A stretch of 53,544 nt of DNA from an uncultured Nitrososphaerota archaeon (lineage in GTDB: Archaea; Thermoproteota; EX4484-205; JAAOZP01). The notes beneath the pieces are model-generated. The model worked only from the letters and a program-made list of their open reading frames with translations, had not been told where the DNA came from and made no database searches. The first letter of the stretch is position 1, and each line of letters starts with the position of its first letter. The translations under genes were made by a program, and so were the position numbers. The stretch is taken from assembly GCA_964416155.1 (NCBI GenBank), contig CAYQCW010000006.1, positions 1 to 53,544 on the forward strand. Reading direction: 5' to 3'. Positions 19,444 to 27,981 of this stretch are shown here, piece after piece.

Positions 19444-20676
19444 CTAGAGTATCCTGTAGCTGAAACCCTTGTTTTCCATGCATCTTCCCAATTCCTCTAA
19501 GGTTTCTCCCCTAACAACCTCGACGACTATCTCCACTGTCGCCATCGCCGGAGGAATCCAAGGCTCATTTCTCAAATGTATCAGGTCAACTATGTTAGCC
19601 TTAACTCTGGAGATGCATTCAAGCACCGTTCTCAGGCTTCCAGACCTGTCCGGGATTGTTACTATAAGCCTCACTATCCTGCCTTCCTGCCTGAGGCTTT
19701 GAGTAATAACCCTGGCTAGCAGAAGCGGGTTGATGTTTCCACCACTAATCACCACGCCAACCCTCCCTTGTTTAAAATCCATTTTGTTGCATAGGACTGC
19801 AGCAAGACTCGCAGCCCCCGCGGGCTCCGCAACCATCTTGATCCTCTCAAGCAGGAGAAACATTGCACGCATTATTTCCTCATCGCTTACCGTCACGAAA
19901 TCGTCTACAACTTCAGAGACTATTTTAAAAGTCAGGTCGCCAGGCTTCTTCACCGATATTCCGTCAGCTATCGAGTAGCTTCTCACCACATCTATTATTC
20001 TTCCCTGTTTGAACGACTCAGCGAAAGCAGGATAGCTGTTTGTCTGAACACCGATTATCTTTGTTTCCGGAGACAGTTTTTTAACAATCGTCCCGATTCC
20101 AGATATTAGGCCTCCCCCTCCAACCGGAACGAAAAGATAATCCAACCCTCTGGTTTCGCTGAGGATTTCGAAGCCGATTGTCCCCTGCCCGCTAACAACA
20201 TGCTTATCGTCGAAAGCGTGAATCATCCTTACCTCTCTGGTTTTAGCATACTCTAGCGCATAGGCGTTAGCATCGTCATAAGTGTCCCCGGCTAGAATCA
20301 CGTTCGCACCATAGTTCCTCGTAGCCTCAATCTTATTCGGGTATGAAAACTCTGGCATAAATATCGTGCACCTCATTCCCAGCATCCTTGCGGCGAAGGC
20401 CACTCCCTGAGCATGATTACCGGCGGAAGCAGCCACAACCTCCTTCACCCCCTCTTTTTTCGCCGCGATGCAAGCGTTAAGCGCTCCCCTAGCCTTGAAG
20501 GAGCCTGTTTTCTGAAGGTTTTCAAGCTTAAGGAGGACCTCGGTCCCCACGATGCTACTTATAGACCCGCTTCTTGTAAAAGGCGTTTTATGAATGAAAG
20601 AAGCCATTGTTTCTGAAGCGGTTTTAGAAAGCTCGAAAACCTCATCCAGAAGAGAACCCATGTTTTTCCCCACCAA
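19444..20676 (-). CDS. ilvA: Threonine/serine ammonia-lyase with C-terminal ACT domain
   Basis: KLENLQKTGSFKARGA (PLP lysine), ASAGNHAQGVA, VPVGGGGLISG, ADGISVK, EPAGAA and SGGN motifs, then an ACT domain IPDRSGSL. Confidence 0.93.
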   Translation of the reverse strand: MVGKNMGSLLDEVFELSKTASETMASFIHKTPFTRSGSISSIVGTEVLLKLENLQKTGSFKARGALNACIAAKKEGVKEVVAASAGNHAQGVAFAARMLGMRCTIFMPEFSYPNKIEATRNYGANVILAGDTYDDANAYALEYAKTREVRMIHAFDDKHVVSGQGTIGFEILSETRGLDYLFVPVGGGGLISGIGTIVKKLSPETKIIGVQTNSYPAFAESFKQGRIIDVVRSYSIADGISVKKPGDLTFKIVSEVVDDFVTVSDEEIMRAMFLLLERIKMVAEPAGAASLAAVLCNKMDFKQGRVGVVISGGNINPLLLARVITQSLRQEGRIVRLIVTIPDRSGSLRTVLECISRVKANIVDLIHLRNEPWIPPAMATVEIVVEVVRGETLEELGRCMENKGFSYRIL

Positions 20677-20831
20677 GCGGCCCTATTAAGCAGTCAATCG
20701 TAAACCATGCGTAAAACCCGCAGATATTTTGCTCCACGAGCCCAAACTGTTTCAGCATTTGAAACTTAAGTTCCACGTTAAGTTTTTACACGGGCTCGTT
20801 TAAAAACTTTCGCGGACACTCGAATCGGAGA

Positions 20832-20850
20832 CAAGGATTCTGATTCCTTG
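20832..20850. promoter_or_regulatory. Imperfect 19-bp palindrome, candidate operator
   Basis: CAAGGATTCTGATTCCTTG lies directly upstream of the A/T-rich BRE/TATA region of the GNAT gene, in the divergent ilvA/GNAT spacer. Confidence 0.35.
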
Positions 20851-20893
20851 AAAAAACTTTTTAACAACGGAAAACACTCTCCCTATTTGAAAA

Positions 20894-21808
20894 ATGATGA
20901 TAGTTGAGTTCACCGAGGAGTTCTTTAGCCAAGCAAGGTGTGTTGCAAACCTGAGCCTCCATGAAGACACAATTACCGACGGGAGCTTAAGGAGAATAAC
21001 CTTTGGAGACCCAAATTACAGCAGCAAGTATAGCCTTGTTGCCCTGAAAAATGGTGAAGTAGCAGGGTTCCTTCTCGGGGTTAGAAGGCTGAAGGAGCCT
21101 CCGGAGGTAGTTGAGGCTCAAAAGGATCTTGCCTGGATCAAGCTTTTCTCCGTGAGAGAGGACTTCAGGAGGAAGGGCATTGCCACTGCGCTTTTCGATG
21201 AGCTTGAAAACAGGTTTAAGGAAGACGGTGTAAAAAGAATCCGCGTCTCTGACTATCCCTTCTGGTACCTGTTCAGCGGCGTAGACCTGAAATACGAGGA
21301 CGCGATAGACTTTTTAATCCGAAGAGGCTTCAAGAAAGCGGGGGAGACAGTAGACTACGAGATCGATCTTCTCAAGTTTCACATTCCCAAGAGGCTTGCA
21401 AACATGAGCGTCAGCCCACTAACCATAAGGAGAGCAAAGCATGAGGATAGGGAGACGGTTTTCAAATGGATTAAGACGGAGTTCTCGGTTTTCTGGGCAT
21501 ATGAAGCGGATGCAAGCTTCAAACATGCCGACCCTAAGCTGTGGATAGCTGAGGAAAACGATAGGATAATCGGCTTCTCCGTCTATGGTGCGCTCGAACC
21601 CCACTGGTTCGGCCCAATCGGTGTCTCGACTGAAGCCAGGTCTAAGGGGGTGGGCTCAATCCTGTTGTTCAACTGTCTGAAAAGCATGAGGGAGGAGGGT
21701 CAGAGGCATGCCGTAGTGCCTTGGACCAACCACCTGTTCTTCTACACGCAGGTCCCTGGGATAACTAGAGTTAGGCACTATTGGATTATGGAGAAGACGC
21801 TTCCCTAA
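20894..21808 (+). CDS. Tandem (two-domain) GNAT family N-acetyltransferase
   Basis: Two acetyl-CoA-binding motifs: FSVREDFRRKGIATAL and FGPIGVSTEARSKGVGSILL. Confidence 0.88.
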   Translation: MMIVEFTEEFFSQARCVANLSLHEDTITDGSLRRITFGDPNYSSKYSLVALKNGEVAGFLLGVRRLKEPPEVVEAQKDLAWIKLFSVREDFRRKGIATALFDELENRFKEDGVKRIRVSDYPFWYLFSGVDLKYEDAIDFLIRRGFKKAGETVDYEIDLLKFHIPKRLANMSVSPLTIRRAKHEDRETVFKWIKTEFSVFWAYEADASFKHADPKLWIAEENDRIIGFSVYGALEPHWFGPIGVSTEARSKGVGSILLFNCLKSMREEGQRHAVVPWTNHLFFYTQVPGITRVRHYWIMEKTLP

Positions 21809-21840
21809 ATATATATAAGCCTGTCGAAAAAGAACTGGTT

Positions 21841-22340
21841 ATGAGCAAAATAGGCTAAGATTCTAATGCTCTTTGCAACTCTAGTCGTCATCTTTTTTTT
21901 TCACACTGCTCATAATCGGCGTTGACCCTATCCGCCACAGGGGTCCCTGGAGGGTTTTCCCGGTTGACATGGCACACTGGTTCGAATGGACTAGCGGAGT
22001 GTTACTGGGAGTCTCCGCAGCATATTCAGCACTCAAAAGAGGTTTCCCGGGAAGGATTAGGCTGTGGCTGACTGCCCACTGTATCCCTGGTTTACTCTCG
22101 CTAGCCATGGCTAGGGTTCACCTAGTTAACAAGATAAGGTTTGCAAGGCCAGGACACCTGTTGAGCTTCAATTCGGGCTTATGACCGTAATAGTCTTAGG
22201 AGGAATCCTTGGAAGATACGTGGAAAAAGCCTAGGTTGGTGAGGTAATACTGGAAAACTCTTCACATACCCCTTACGGCAATATTCTACTTCACGCTGAG
22301 CATGCACGTGCTCACTAAAATGGGTGTACTACAGTTTTGA
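21841..22340 (+). pseudogene. Frameshifted membrane protein with four His in TM helices (ferric reductase/cytochrome b-like)
   Basis: Reconstructed across stops and frameshifts: ..ILMLFATLVVIFF/TLLIIGVDP..AHWFEWTSGVLLGVSAAYSALKR..WLTAHCIPGLLSLAMARVH../FGLMTVIVLGGILGRYV/..R*YWKTLHIPLTAIFYFTLSMHVLTK. A TATA box lies upstream of ATG 21841. Confidence 0.65.
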
Positions 22341-22395
22341 GGCTTGTCCTAAAAAGTAACATTATATACGCGTTTCAGAGAAAACGCTAAGGTGA

Positions 22396-22995
22396 ATGGG
22401 GTTGAAGAGTAGATGGTTAATGCTTGCCGCTGTCGCCATCACATTAGCCGCGGTTTCTATTTCAGGCGCATGGTATTTCTACCCTAAGCCCACAGTGTTT
22501 AAAGAGAGTTTCGAAGAAGGTTTCGGCGAATGGGTTCCCGGTGCAGACGTTCCCCTTGACCCGAACAATCCTGGGCATACTGTAGCGTGGAACATAACGC
22601 GTTCAACCGCTGTTTCGAAAACAGGGCAATACTCCTTGAAGCTCCTCATAGACGGGAGGCAGGATGACGGAACCATCTGGGTTGGAAGAAGGATAAGCCT
22701 GGCTGGAGGAAGGGTTGTTAGAATCAAAGTTTCGTTTAAGCTTTACAGTGAGAGTGAAAGCTTTAACACGATGGCGGTCGTATGCGCCTACATTGGGCTT
22801 AGAGAACCATTAAGGGAAGACGATTTTACTGTTTTGGGGTCTGCGAACACTGTTGAAGGATGGGAGACGTATACTTACGAGGGGGAGTTAAACATGGGTC
22901 TAAACGGTGAAGCATGGATTGCCGTAGGGATCTCGGTTCGTTGGGAAACATCCATGACCTATTACATAGATGATGTGGAAATATTTTTAGAATAA
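22396..22995 (+). CDS. Membrane-anchored or secreted hypothetical protein, probable beta-sandwich (CBM-like)
   Basis: N-terminal hydrophobic helix, ESFEEG start of the domain and YYIDDVEI end, a pattern typical of galactose-binding-like jelly rolls. Confidence 0.6.
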   Translation: MGLKSRWLMLAAVAITLAAVSISGAWYFYPKPTVFKESFEEGFGEWVPGADVPLDPNNPGHTVAWNITRSTAVSKTGQYSLKLLIDGRQDDGTIWVGRRISLAGGRVVRIKVSFKLYSESESFNTMAVVCAYIGLREPLREDDFTVLGSANTVEGWETYTYEGELNMGLNGEAWIAVGISVRWETSMTYYIDDVEIFLE

Positions 22996-23064
22996 AACTT
23001 GAATCAACAAAAGCGATTTCTTCGAGCAAGACTTATAAGCTTCTTGAAACAAGATGCTTTAAAA

Positions 23065-23472
23065 ATGGCTGAGAAACCCACGGCAGCCTTCATACTGTCG
23101 TTAATCGGAGCAGCCCTAATCATTCTGAACGCTTTGATCCTTGCTTTTTTCACAACCTTAGTGGGCGTAGCCATAAGTGTTTTCGGAAGGACTTTAGGAA
23201 TGGTTCTACCTAGGCTCGGCAGCCTGGTTTTTCTAGTAGGCATCGGGGGACTAGTTATCGGAATAATCGTTTTAGCAGGAGCATTCATGATTAATTCTGA
23301 GGATAAGAGCAGGGTTACAACCGGTTCGATCATAGTTCTGGTTTTTTCAATAATGAGCCTCTTCATCGGAGGAGGCTTCCTAATAGGCTTCCTATTATGC
23401 GTCGTCGGAAGCATTCTTGGCTTAGCATGGAACCCTTCAGCCCCGCCGCCACCGCCCTCACAATACTATTGA
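23065..23472 (+). CDS. Small four-TM membrane protein with Pro-rich tail
   Basis: MAEKPTAAFILSLIG..., GGGFLIGFLLCVVGSILGLAW and a PPPPP tail. Start is ATG 23065, after TATA CTTATAAG. Confidence 0.75.
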   Translation: MAEKPTAAFILSLIGAALIILNALILAFFTTLVGVAISVFGRTLGMVLPRLGSLVFLVGIGGLVIGIIVLAGAFMINSEDKSRVTTGSIIVLVFSIMSLFIGGGFLIGFLLCVVGSILGLAWNPSAPPPPPSQYY

Positions 23473-23556
23473 AAGCCTGTTCAGCCTTATAACCGGCGAC
23501 GCTCGCGTTTAAATTCGAGAGATGTTTATATAACCCGCCCATAGGCTTATTCAGGA

Positions 23557-24771
23557 TTGAAACATCTTGAAAATATTAGAGACCTTGTAAGGTACCACAG
23601 CACGGTGGAGAAGGAGGTCTATCTTGACTTGGAGAACTCAACGCCTGTCCCAATGGAGGTTCTTCAAGAAATGCTGCCCTACTTCTCTTCGAAAGCGTAT
23701 GGAAACCCAACGCTAACCCATAAGCAGGGCTGGGAGGCTTATGAGACAATCATGGATGCAGCAGGATTCATCACGAGACTGATAGGAGGATCCTCGCCGG
23801 AGGAGCTGTGCTTCACCAGCGGCGAGGCGGAGGCGAACAGCCTAGCTATCTTCGGGACCGCAGGAGGAAAAACCGGTAGAATAGTTGTCTCATCCATAGA
23901 TCCTCTCACCATCCTGCTGCCGGTTGAAAAGCTTGAGAAAAAGGGTTTCGAAGTGGTTAGGGTCCCGGTCGACTCCGAGGGCTTCATAGACCTAGAGGCT
24001 TTGGCTAAGGCTGTTAACAGGAATACAGTGCTCGTCAGCACAAGCATGGTTAACAACGAGATTGGCACGATACAGCCTTTCAGGGAGATTGTGAAGAGGG
24101 TCAGAGAGGCAAACCCGGATGCAACTATCCACATGGATGCTTCAGACGCCTACGGAAGGATCAGCTTCAACGTTAAGGACATGGATGTTGACCTGCTTAG
24201 CCTCAGCAGCTATAAGATTATGGGTCCAAGGGGTGTTGCCGCGCTCTATGTGAAAAGCGGTGTTGAAGTTGAAAGAATAATTGAAGGCCCCATAGGGACC
24301 CAGCCCCTCTGGCCGGGTGTTGAAAACACGCCGCTAATAGTCGGTTTTAAAAAAGCATCAGAGCTAGCGTTTAAAGACTTCGACGGGAACGTAAGCAGGA
24401 TGAGAAGGCTTAGAGACATGTTGATAAACGGTCTCCTAAGCATCGAGGACACTCTTCTAAACGGCCCAATTGGGGGGAAGAGGAGTCCGGACAACGGTAA
24501 CATAAGTTTTCTGCACTGCGAGGGCGAGGCCCTCACCATAGAGCTAAGCTTTAAAGGAGTCTATGTTTCAAGCGGAAGCGCGTGCACAAGGAGAATACTC
24601 CAGCCAAGCCACGTTTTAACAGCTATAGGGAGAGAGTATGAGGCTGCTCATGGAAGCATACTTATGAAGGTTTCAAGATATCATAGTTTTGAAGACATAG
24701 AGTACGTTTTAGAGTCTTTCAAGCCGGCTGTTGAAAGAATAAGGGCCATGAGCCCGACGAGGAGGGTTTAG
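23557..24771 (+). CDS. iscS: IscS/NifS-family (class V PLP) cysteine desulfurase homologue with degenerate active site
   Basis: YLD...TP, YGNP, FTSG, VNNEIGTIQP, SSYKIMGPRG and VSSGSACT motifs. Adjacent to iscU. Confidence 0.85.
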   Translation: MKHLENIRDLVRYHSTVEKEVYLDLENSTPVPMEVLQEMLPYFSSKAYGNPTLTHKQGWEAYETIMDAAGFITRLIGGSSPEELCFTSGEAEANSLAIFGTAGGKTGRIVVSSIDPLTILLPVEKLEKKGFEVVRVPVDSEGFIDLEALAKAVNRNTVLVSTSMVNNEIGTIQPFREIVKRVREANPDATIHMDASDAYGRISFNVKDMDVDLLSLSSYKIMGPRGVAALYVKSGVEVERIIEGPIGTQPLWPGVENTPLIVGFKKASELAFKDFDGNVSRMRRLRDMLINGLLSIEDTLLNGPIGGKRSPDNGNISFLHCEGEALTIELSFKGVYVSSGSACTRRILQPSHVLTAIGREYEAAHGSILMKVSRYHSFEDIEYVLESFKPAVERIRAMSPTRRV

Positions 24772-24772
24772 A

Positions 24773-25276
24773 ATGTCCAGATCCCCATTACCATATAGTC
24801 GGAAGATCCTTGAGCTTTTCAGGAACCCTAGGAACCTTGGGAGAATGGAGGATGCCACTGTTTCAGCCACGGCGGGAAGCCCGGCTTGCGGAGACATGAT
24901 AGCTTTCTACCTTAAGATCGACGAGAACACCGTTATAACCCGGGCGAGCTTTGAAAGCTACGGCTGTGCTGCGAACATAGCTACCGCCAGCATGCTCACT
25001 CAGATGGTGGAAGGAAAGAGGCTTGAAGAGGCTTGGAGGATAGGGTGGGAAGATGTTGCGAAAGAGATGGGCGGGTTGCCAGCGGTCAAGTTCCACTGCG
25101 GAGTCTTGGCGGTGGGCGCGCTGAGAAGATCAATAAGAGAGTTCTTCAAAAGGAAAGGGTTTAAGCCAGAATGGATGCCTGAGAAGGAAACTTTCGAGGA
25201 GAAACAGGCTTTAGAGGAAGAGGAGCTGGCAAAAATTATTTCCAGGAGGCTCATGCTTAGAGGAGAGGAAAAATGA
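24773..25276 (+). CDS. iscU: Fe-S cluster scaffold IscU/NifU-N
   Basis: YS.KILELFRNPRNLG, PACGD, YGCAANIA and LPAVKFHC motifs, giving three Cys ligands. Confidence 0.93.
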   Translation: MSRSPLPYSRKILELFRNPRNLGRMEDATVSATAGSPACGDMIAFYLKIDENTVITRASFESYGCAANIATASMLTQMVEGKRLEEAWRIGWEDVAKEMGGLPAVKFHCGVLAVGALRRSIREFFKRKGFKPEWMPEKETFEEKQALEEEELAKIISRRLMLRGEEK

Positions 25277-25542
25277 TTCAGGAATATGTGGGCAGGATAG
25301 AGGAGGCTTGTGGAGCAGGCAAGACGAAGGACTTCATTGTGTTACTGAAACAGGATAAGCGGGAGGAGGCTCTTAAGAAGGCTCTTGAAAAAAGCAGTGT
25401 GCTGGCTGAAGTTCACGGGGTGGCCGTGAAAGCGAGCTTCATGGGCAGGGAGTTCACTGCTTTCACCAATGGGAGGCTGATGTTTAAATCCCTCAGGGAT
25501 AGGGATGAGTTGAAAACCCTGCTTGAGGAACTCTTTAAATGA
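25273..25542 (+). CDS. Small hypothetical protein, third gene of the iscSU operon
   Basis: ATGA overlap with the iscU stop. IEEACG and FTAFTNGRLMF segments recall the C-terminal domain of some ThiF/MoeB proteins (weak, by eye). Confidence 0.7.
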   Translation: MIQEYVGRIEEACGAGKTKDFIVLLKQDKREEALKKALEKSSVLAEVHGVAVKASFMGREFTAFTNGRLMFKSLRDRDELKTLLEELFK

Positions 25543-25616
25543 GCCGGCTCGAGAATTAGCGGCGCGATTTTCAAAACTTTTAAAGCTTAAATGAGAAAGC
25601 TGGAAGCCAGGGATTA

Positions 25617-26477
25617 TTGCCCTACGGTAAAACTGAACTGGCAGGATGCCTGTATGTTTCTGCTGCTGCAGTCATCTGGGGGTCCAACGGGGCGATTGTA
25701 AACCAGGTTTCTTTAAACGCTTACGCCATAGCTTTCTTCAGGGTTTTATTCGCAAGCATGGTCTTAACCCCCCTTCTGACTCTAGTACGGAGGAAAGAGG
25801 CTTCAGAGGCCGCTAAAGCCTGGAGGAGCATGCTTATGCTAGGGGCTTTTCTAAGCATGGGCTGGGCTTTCCTCTTCCAGTCGATGAAGCTTATCGCCAT
25901 CGCGGACGCTGTACTGCTTAACTATATGGCTCCTGTTTTCGTAGCGCTATTAGCACCATTGCTTCTGGGAGAGGAGGCGGAGAAGAAAACCATTATTTCC
26001 TTAACCCTGTGCATTATTGGAATGCTCGTCATTTCGCACGGTTACGGTCTTCAAACCGGGGGGTTAAACATGTTTGGAGTAATCTTCGGACTGCTCGCCG
26101 GCCTAGCGTACGCCGGGTTCATCATCTTGTCCAAGAAAACATTGGCTAACTGTTCAAGCCTCGCAGTAGCCTCATGCTCCTATCTTGCGAGCACAGTATT
26201 CCTCTCGCCCTCACTATTAGCCGTGAACCCGTCTTTAAACCTGTTTTCATGGGTACTGCTGCTCATCCTCGGCGTGTTTAACACGGCTTTCGCCGTCACG
26301 CTCTATTTAAAAGGCCTTAAGCTGATTAAGGCTCAGAAGGCTGTTGTCTTCACCTATCTGGAACCAGTTAGCGCTGCAATCTTCGGATTCCTCATGTTGG
26401 GGCAGCAACTCACCTTGCAAACTTTAATCGGCGGACTGATGATCGTTTCCGCAGGATACTTAGCGGGAACCGAGTAG
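25617..26477 (+). CDS. EamA/DMT family transporter
   Basis: About 10 TM helices, IWGS, AVLLNYMAPVFVALLAPLLLGE and FTYLEPVSAAIFG motifs. Confidence 0.9.
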   Translation: MPYGKTELAGCLYVSAAAVIWGSNGAIVNQVSLNAYAIAFFRVLFASMVLTPLLTLVRRKEASEAAKAWRSMLMLGAFLSMGWAFLFQSMKLIAIADAVLLNYMAPVFVALLAPLLLGEEAEKKTIISLTLCIIGMLVISHGYGLQTGGLNMFGVIFGLLAGLAYAGFIILSKKTLANCSSLAVASCSYLASTVFLSPSLLAVNPSLNLFSWVLLLILGVFNTAFAVTLYLKGLKLIKAQKAVVFTYLEPVSAAIFGFLMLGQQLTLQTLIGGLMIVSAGYLAGTE

Positions 26478-26492
26478 CCTGGGGAGAAAACA

Positions 26493-27620
26493 TCATTCTC
26501 CGAGTGCTCTCGCATATATTCTCCTAACGTCGTCTGAAGTCAACGGGGAAGGATGCTTATCCAGGTTCCTCGCGTAGGAGAGCGCGTCTGCAACCATAGC
26601 GTCCAGCTCAGAGGGCTTAACTCCCAGCTCTATGAGGCTTCCCGGGATACCCGTAATACGCGCAACCTTCTCGACCCTTTCAATCAGTCTCTCCCCTTTT
26701 TCAAAGCCGAGCTTCATGGCAGCATCCTCAAGCCTACTGAGGCTTCTCTGAAGCTCAAACCTTAAAACATGTGGAAGCAGAACGCCGTTTGCAAGACCAT
26801 GGTGAACACCATGATAGTTAGTCAGGTAGTATCCCATGCCGTGAACCGCCACAGTCCCAGCGCAGTTTATCGCTACGCCCGCGAGCATGCTGGCGTAAAG
26901 CATGTTTTCCCTAGCCTGAGCTGCTCCTTCAACCGCCTCGACAATGTTTCCAAGTATTATCCGCGCCGCTTCCAAGGAGAAGAAATCAGAGATAGGTGTG
27001 GATTCCTTTGAGAGAAAGGCTTCCATCGCGTGGGACAGTGCGTCGAAACCAGTGTAGGCAACAAGCTCACTTGCAAGGCTGTCGAGAAGATTAGAGTCAG
27101 CTATCGCGACGCTGGGTGTAAGTGGGTTGCCCAGAAGAACCTCCTTTCTCCTTCTCCCGACGCTTGTTAGCACTGCATACCTAGTGACCTCGCTCCCGGT
27201 GCCGCAGGTTGTTGGAATAGCCACCATAGGGAGGGCTTCGTCAACCTCGTTCGGGGCGAAGCTTTCCTCAAGCCTTGCTCTACTCTTCGAGAGGAACGCG
27301 ATGCCCTTAGCAGCGTCCATCGCACTCCCGCCTCCAAGCGCTACTACAAGATTGCAACTGTTTTTCCAGCCTTCTTCAGCACCCTTGTAAACGGTTTCTA
27401 TGGATGGATTGGGCTCAACCCGGTCGAACACCGTAGTTTTTAAACCCGATTCTTCAAGGATTTCAACAAGCGTGTTCAAGTAGCCGCTTCTCCTAGCGAA
27501 GCTTCTACCCGTAACAAGTAGACACCTGTCTCCAAGCTTGGCTGCTTCGACGCCCAGCCTGTTTAAACTCCCCCTTCCAAAGAGAATCCTCGTCTGCAAG
27601 TGGAATGTAAACGGTTTCAC
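26493..27620 (-). CDS. Iron-containing alcohol dehydrogenase
   Basis: VEPNP, GGGSAMDAAK, IPTTCGTGSEVT, DALSHAME, VHGMGY and HHGLAN motifs. Confidence 0.93.
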   Translation of the reverse strand: MKPFTFHLQTRILFGRGSLNRLGVEAAKLGDRCLLVTGRSFARRSGYLNTLVEILEESGLKTTVFDRVEPNPSIETVYKGAEEGWKNSCNLVVALGGGSAMDAAKGIAFLSKSRARLEESFAPNEVDEALPMVAIPTTCGTGSEVTRYAVLTSVGRRRKEVLLGNPLTPSVAIADSNLLDSLASELVAYTGFDALSHAMEAFLSKESTPISDFFSLEAARIILGNIVEAVEGAAQARENMLYASMLAGVAINCAGTVAVHGMGYYLTNYHGVHHGLANGVLLPHVLRFELQRSLSRLEDAAMKLGFEKGERLIERVEKVARITGIPGSLIELGVKPSELDAMVADALSYARNLDKHPSPLTSDDVRRIYARALGE

Positions 27621-27981
27621 GTTAGCCAGTTAACACCGGCTTTGATACTTATTCTTTTCTCATAATACTCGTGGCCAGCGGAATATGCTTACCTCCCAAG
27701 GCTTCTAATCACGATAGGCCCCGTGACCCTTTCTGGTTAAAACGCGGGAAGAAACAGGTTGCGCGTGCTGCCTTAAACCATCATCTGAAAAAAAGTAATT
27801 GTTCTCAAAGATGGAAAGCATTATGATGAAATCGGCTGACTGCCTTAAGCATCTTAATATCCGTAGCGGCCTCCGCGTGCACGTGTCCCCCGGCATACTG
27901 CCCCTTTATAGCCTGCTAATACGCACATCCGCAGTAAAGGGTTGAAAACATCTTTTTATAAGTGCTTTAAAGCTTATTACG

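Noticed and set aside
27620-27981. Long spacer with ATGATGA-N6-CTGA (C/D-box-like) and a CCCTTTA...TAAAGGG stem upstream of moeA
   Set aside because: The C-to-D spacing is too short for a guide, with no convincing D'/C' pair. I could not match the stem to a Moco/Wco riboswitch by eye. An Infernal/Rfam scan would settle it.
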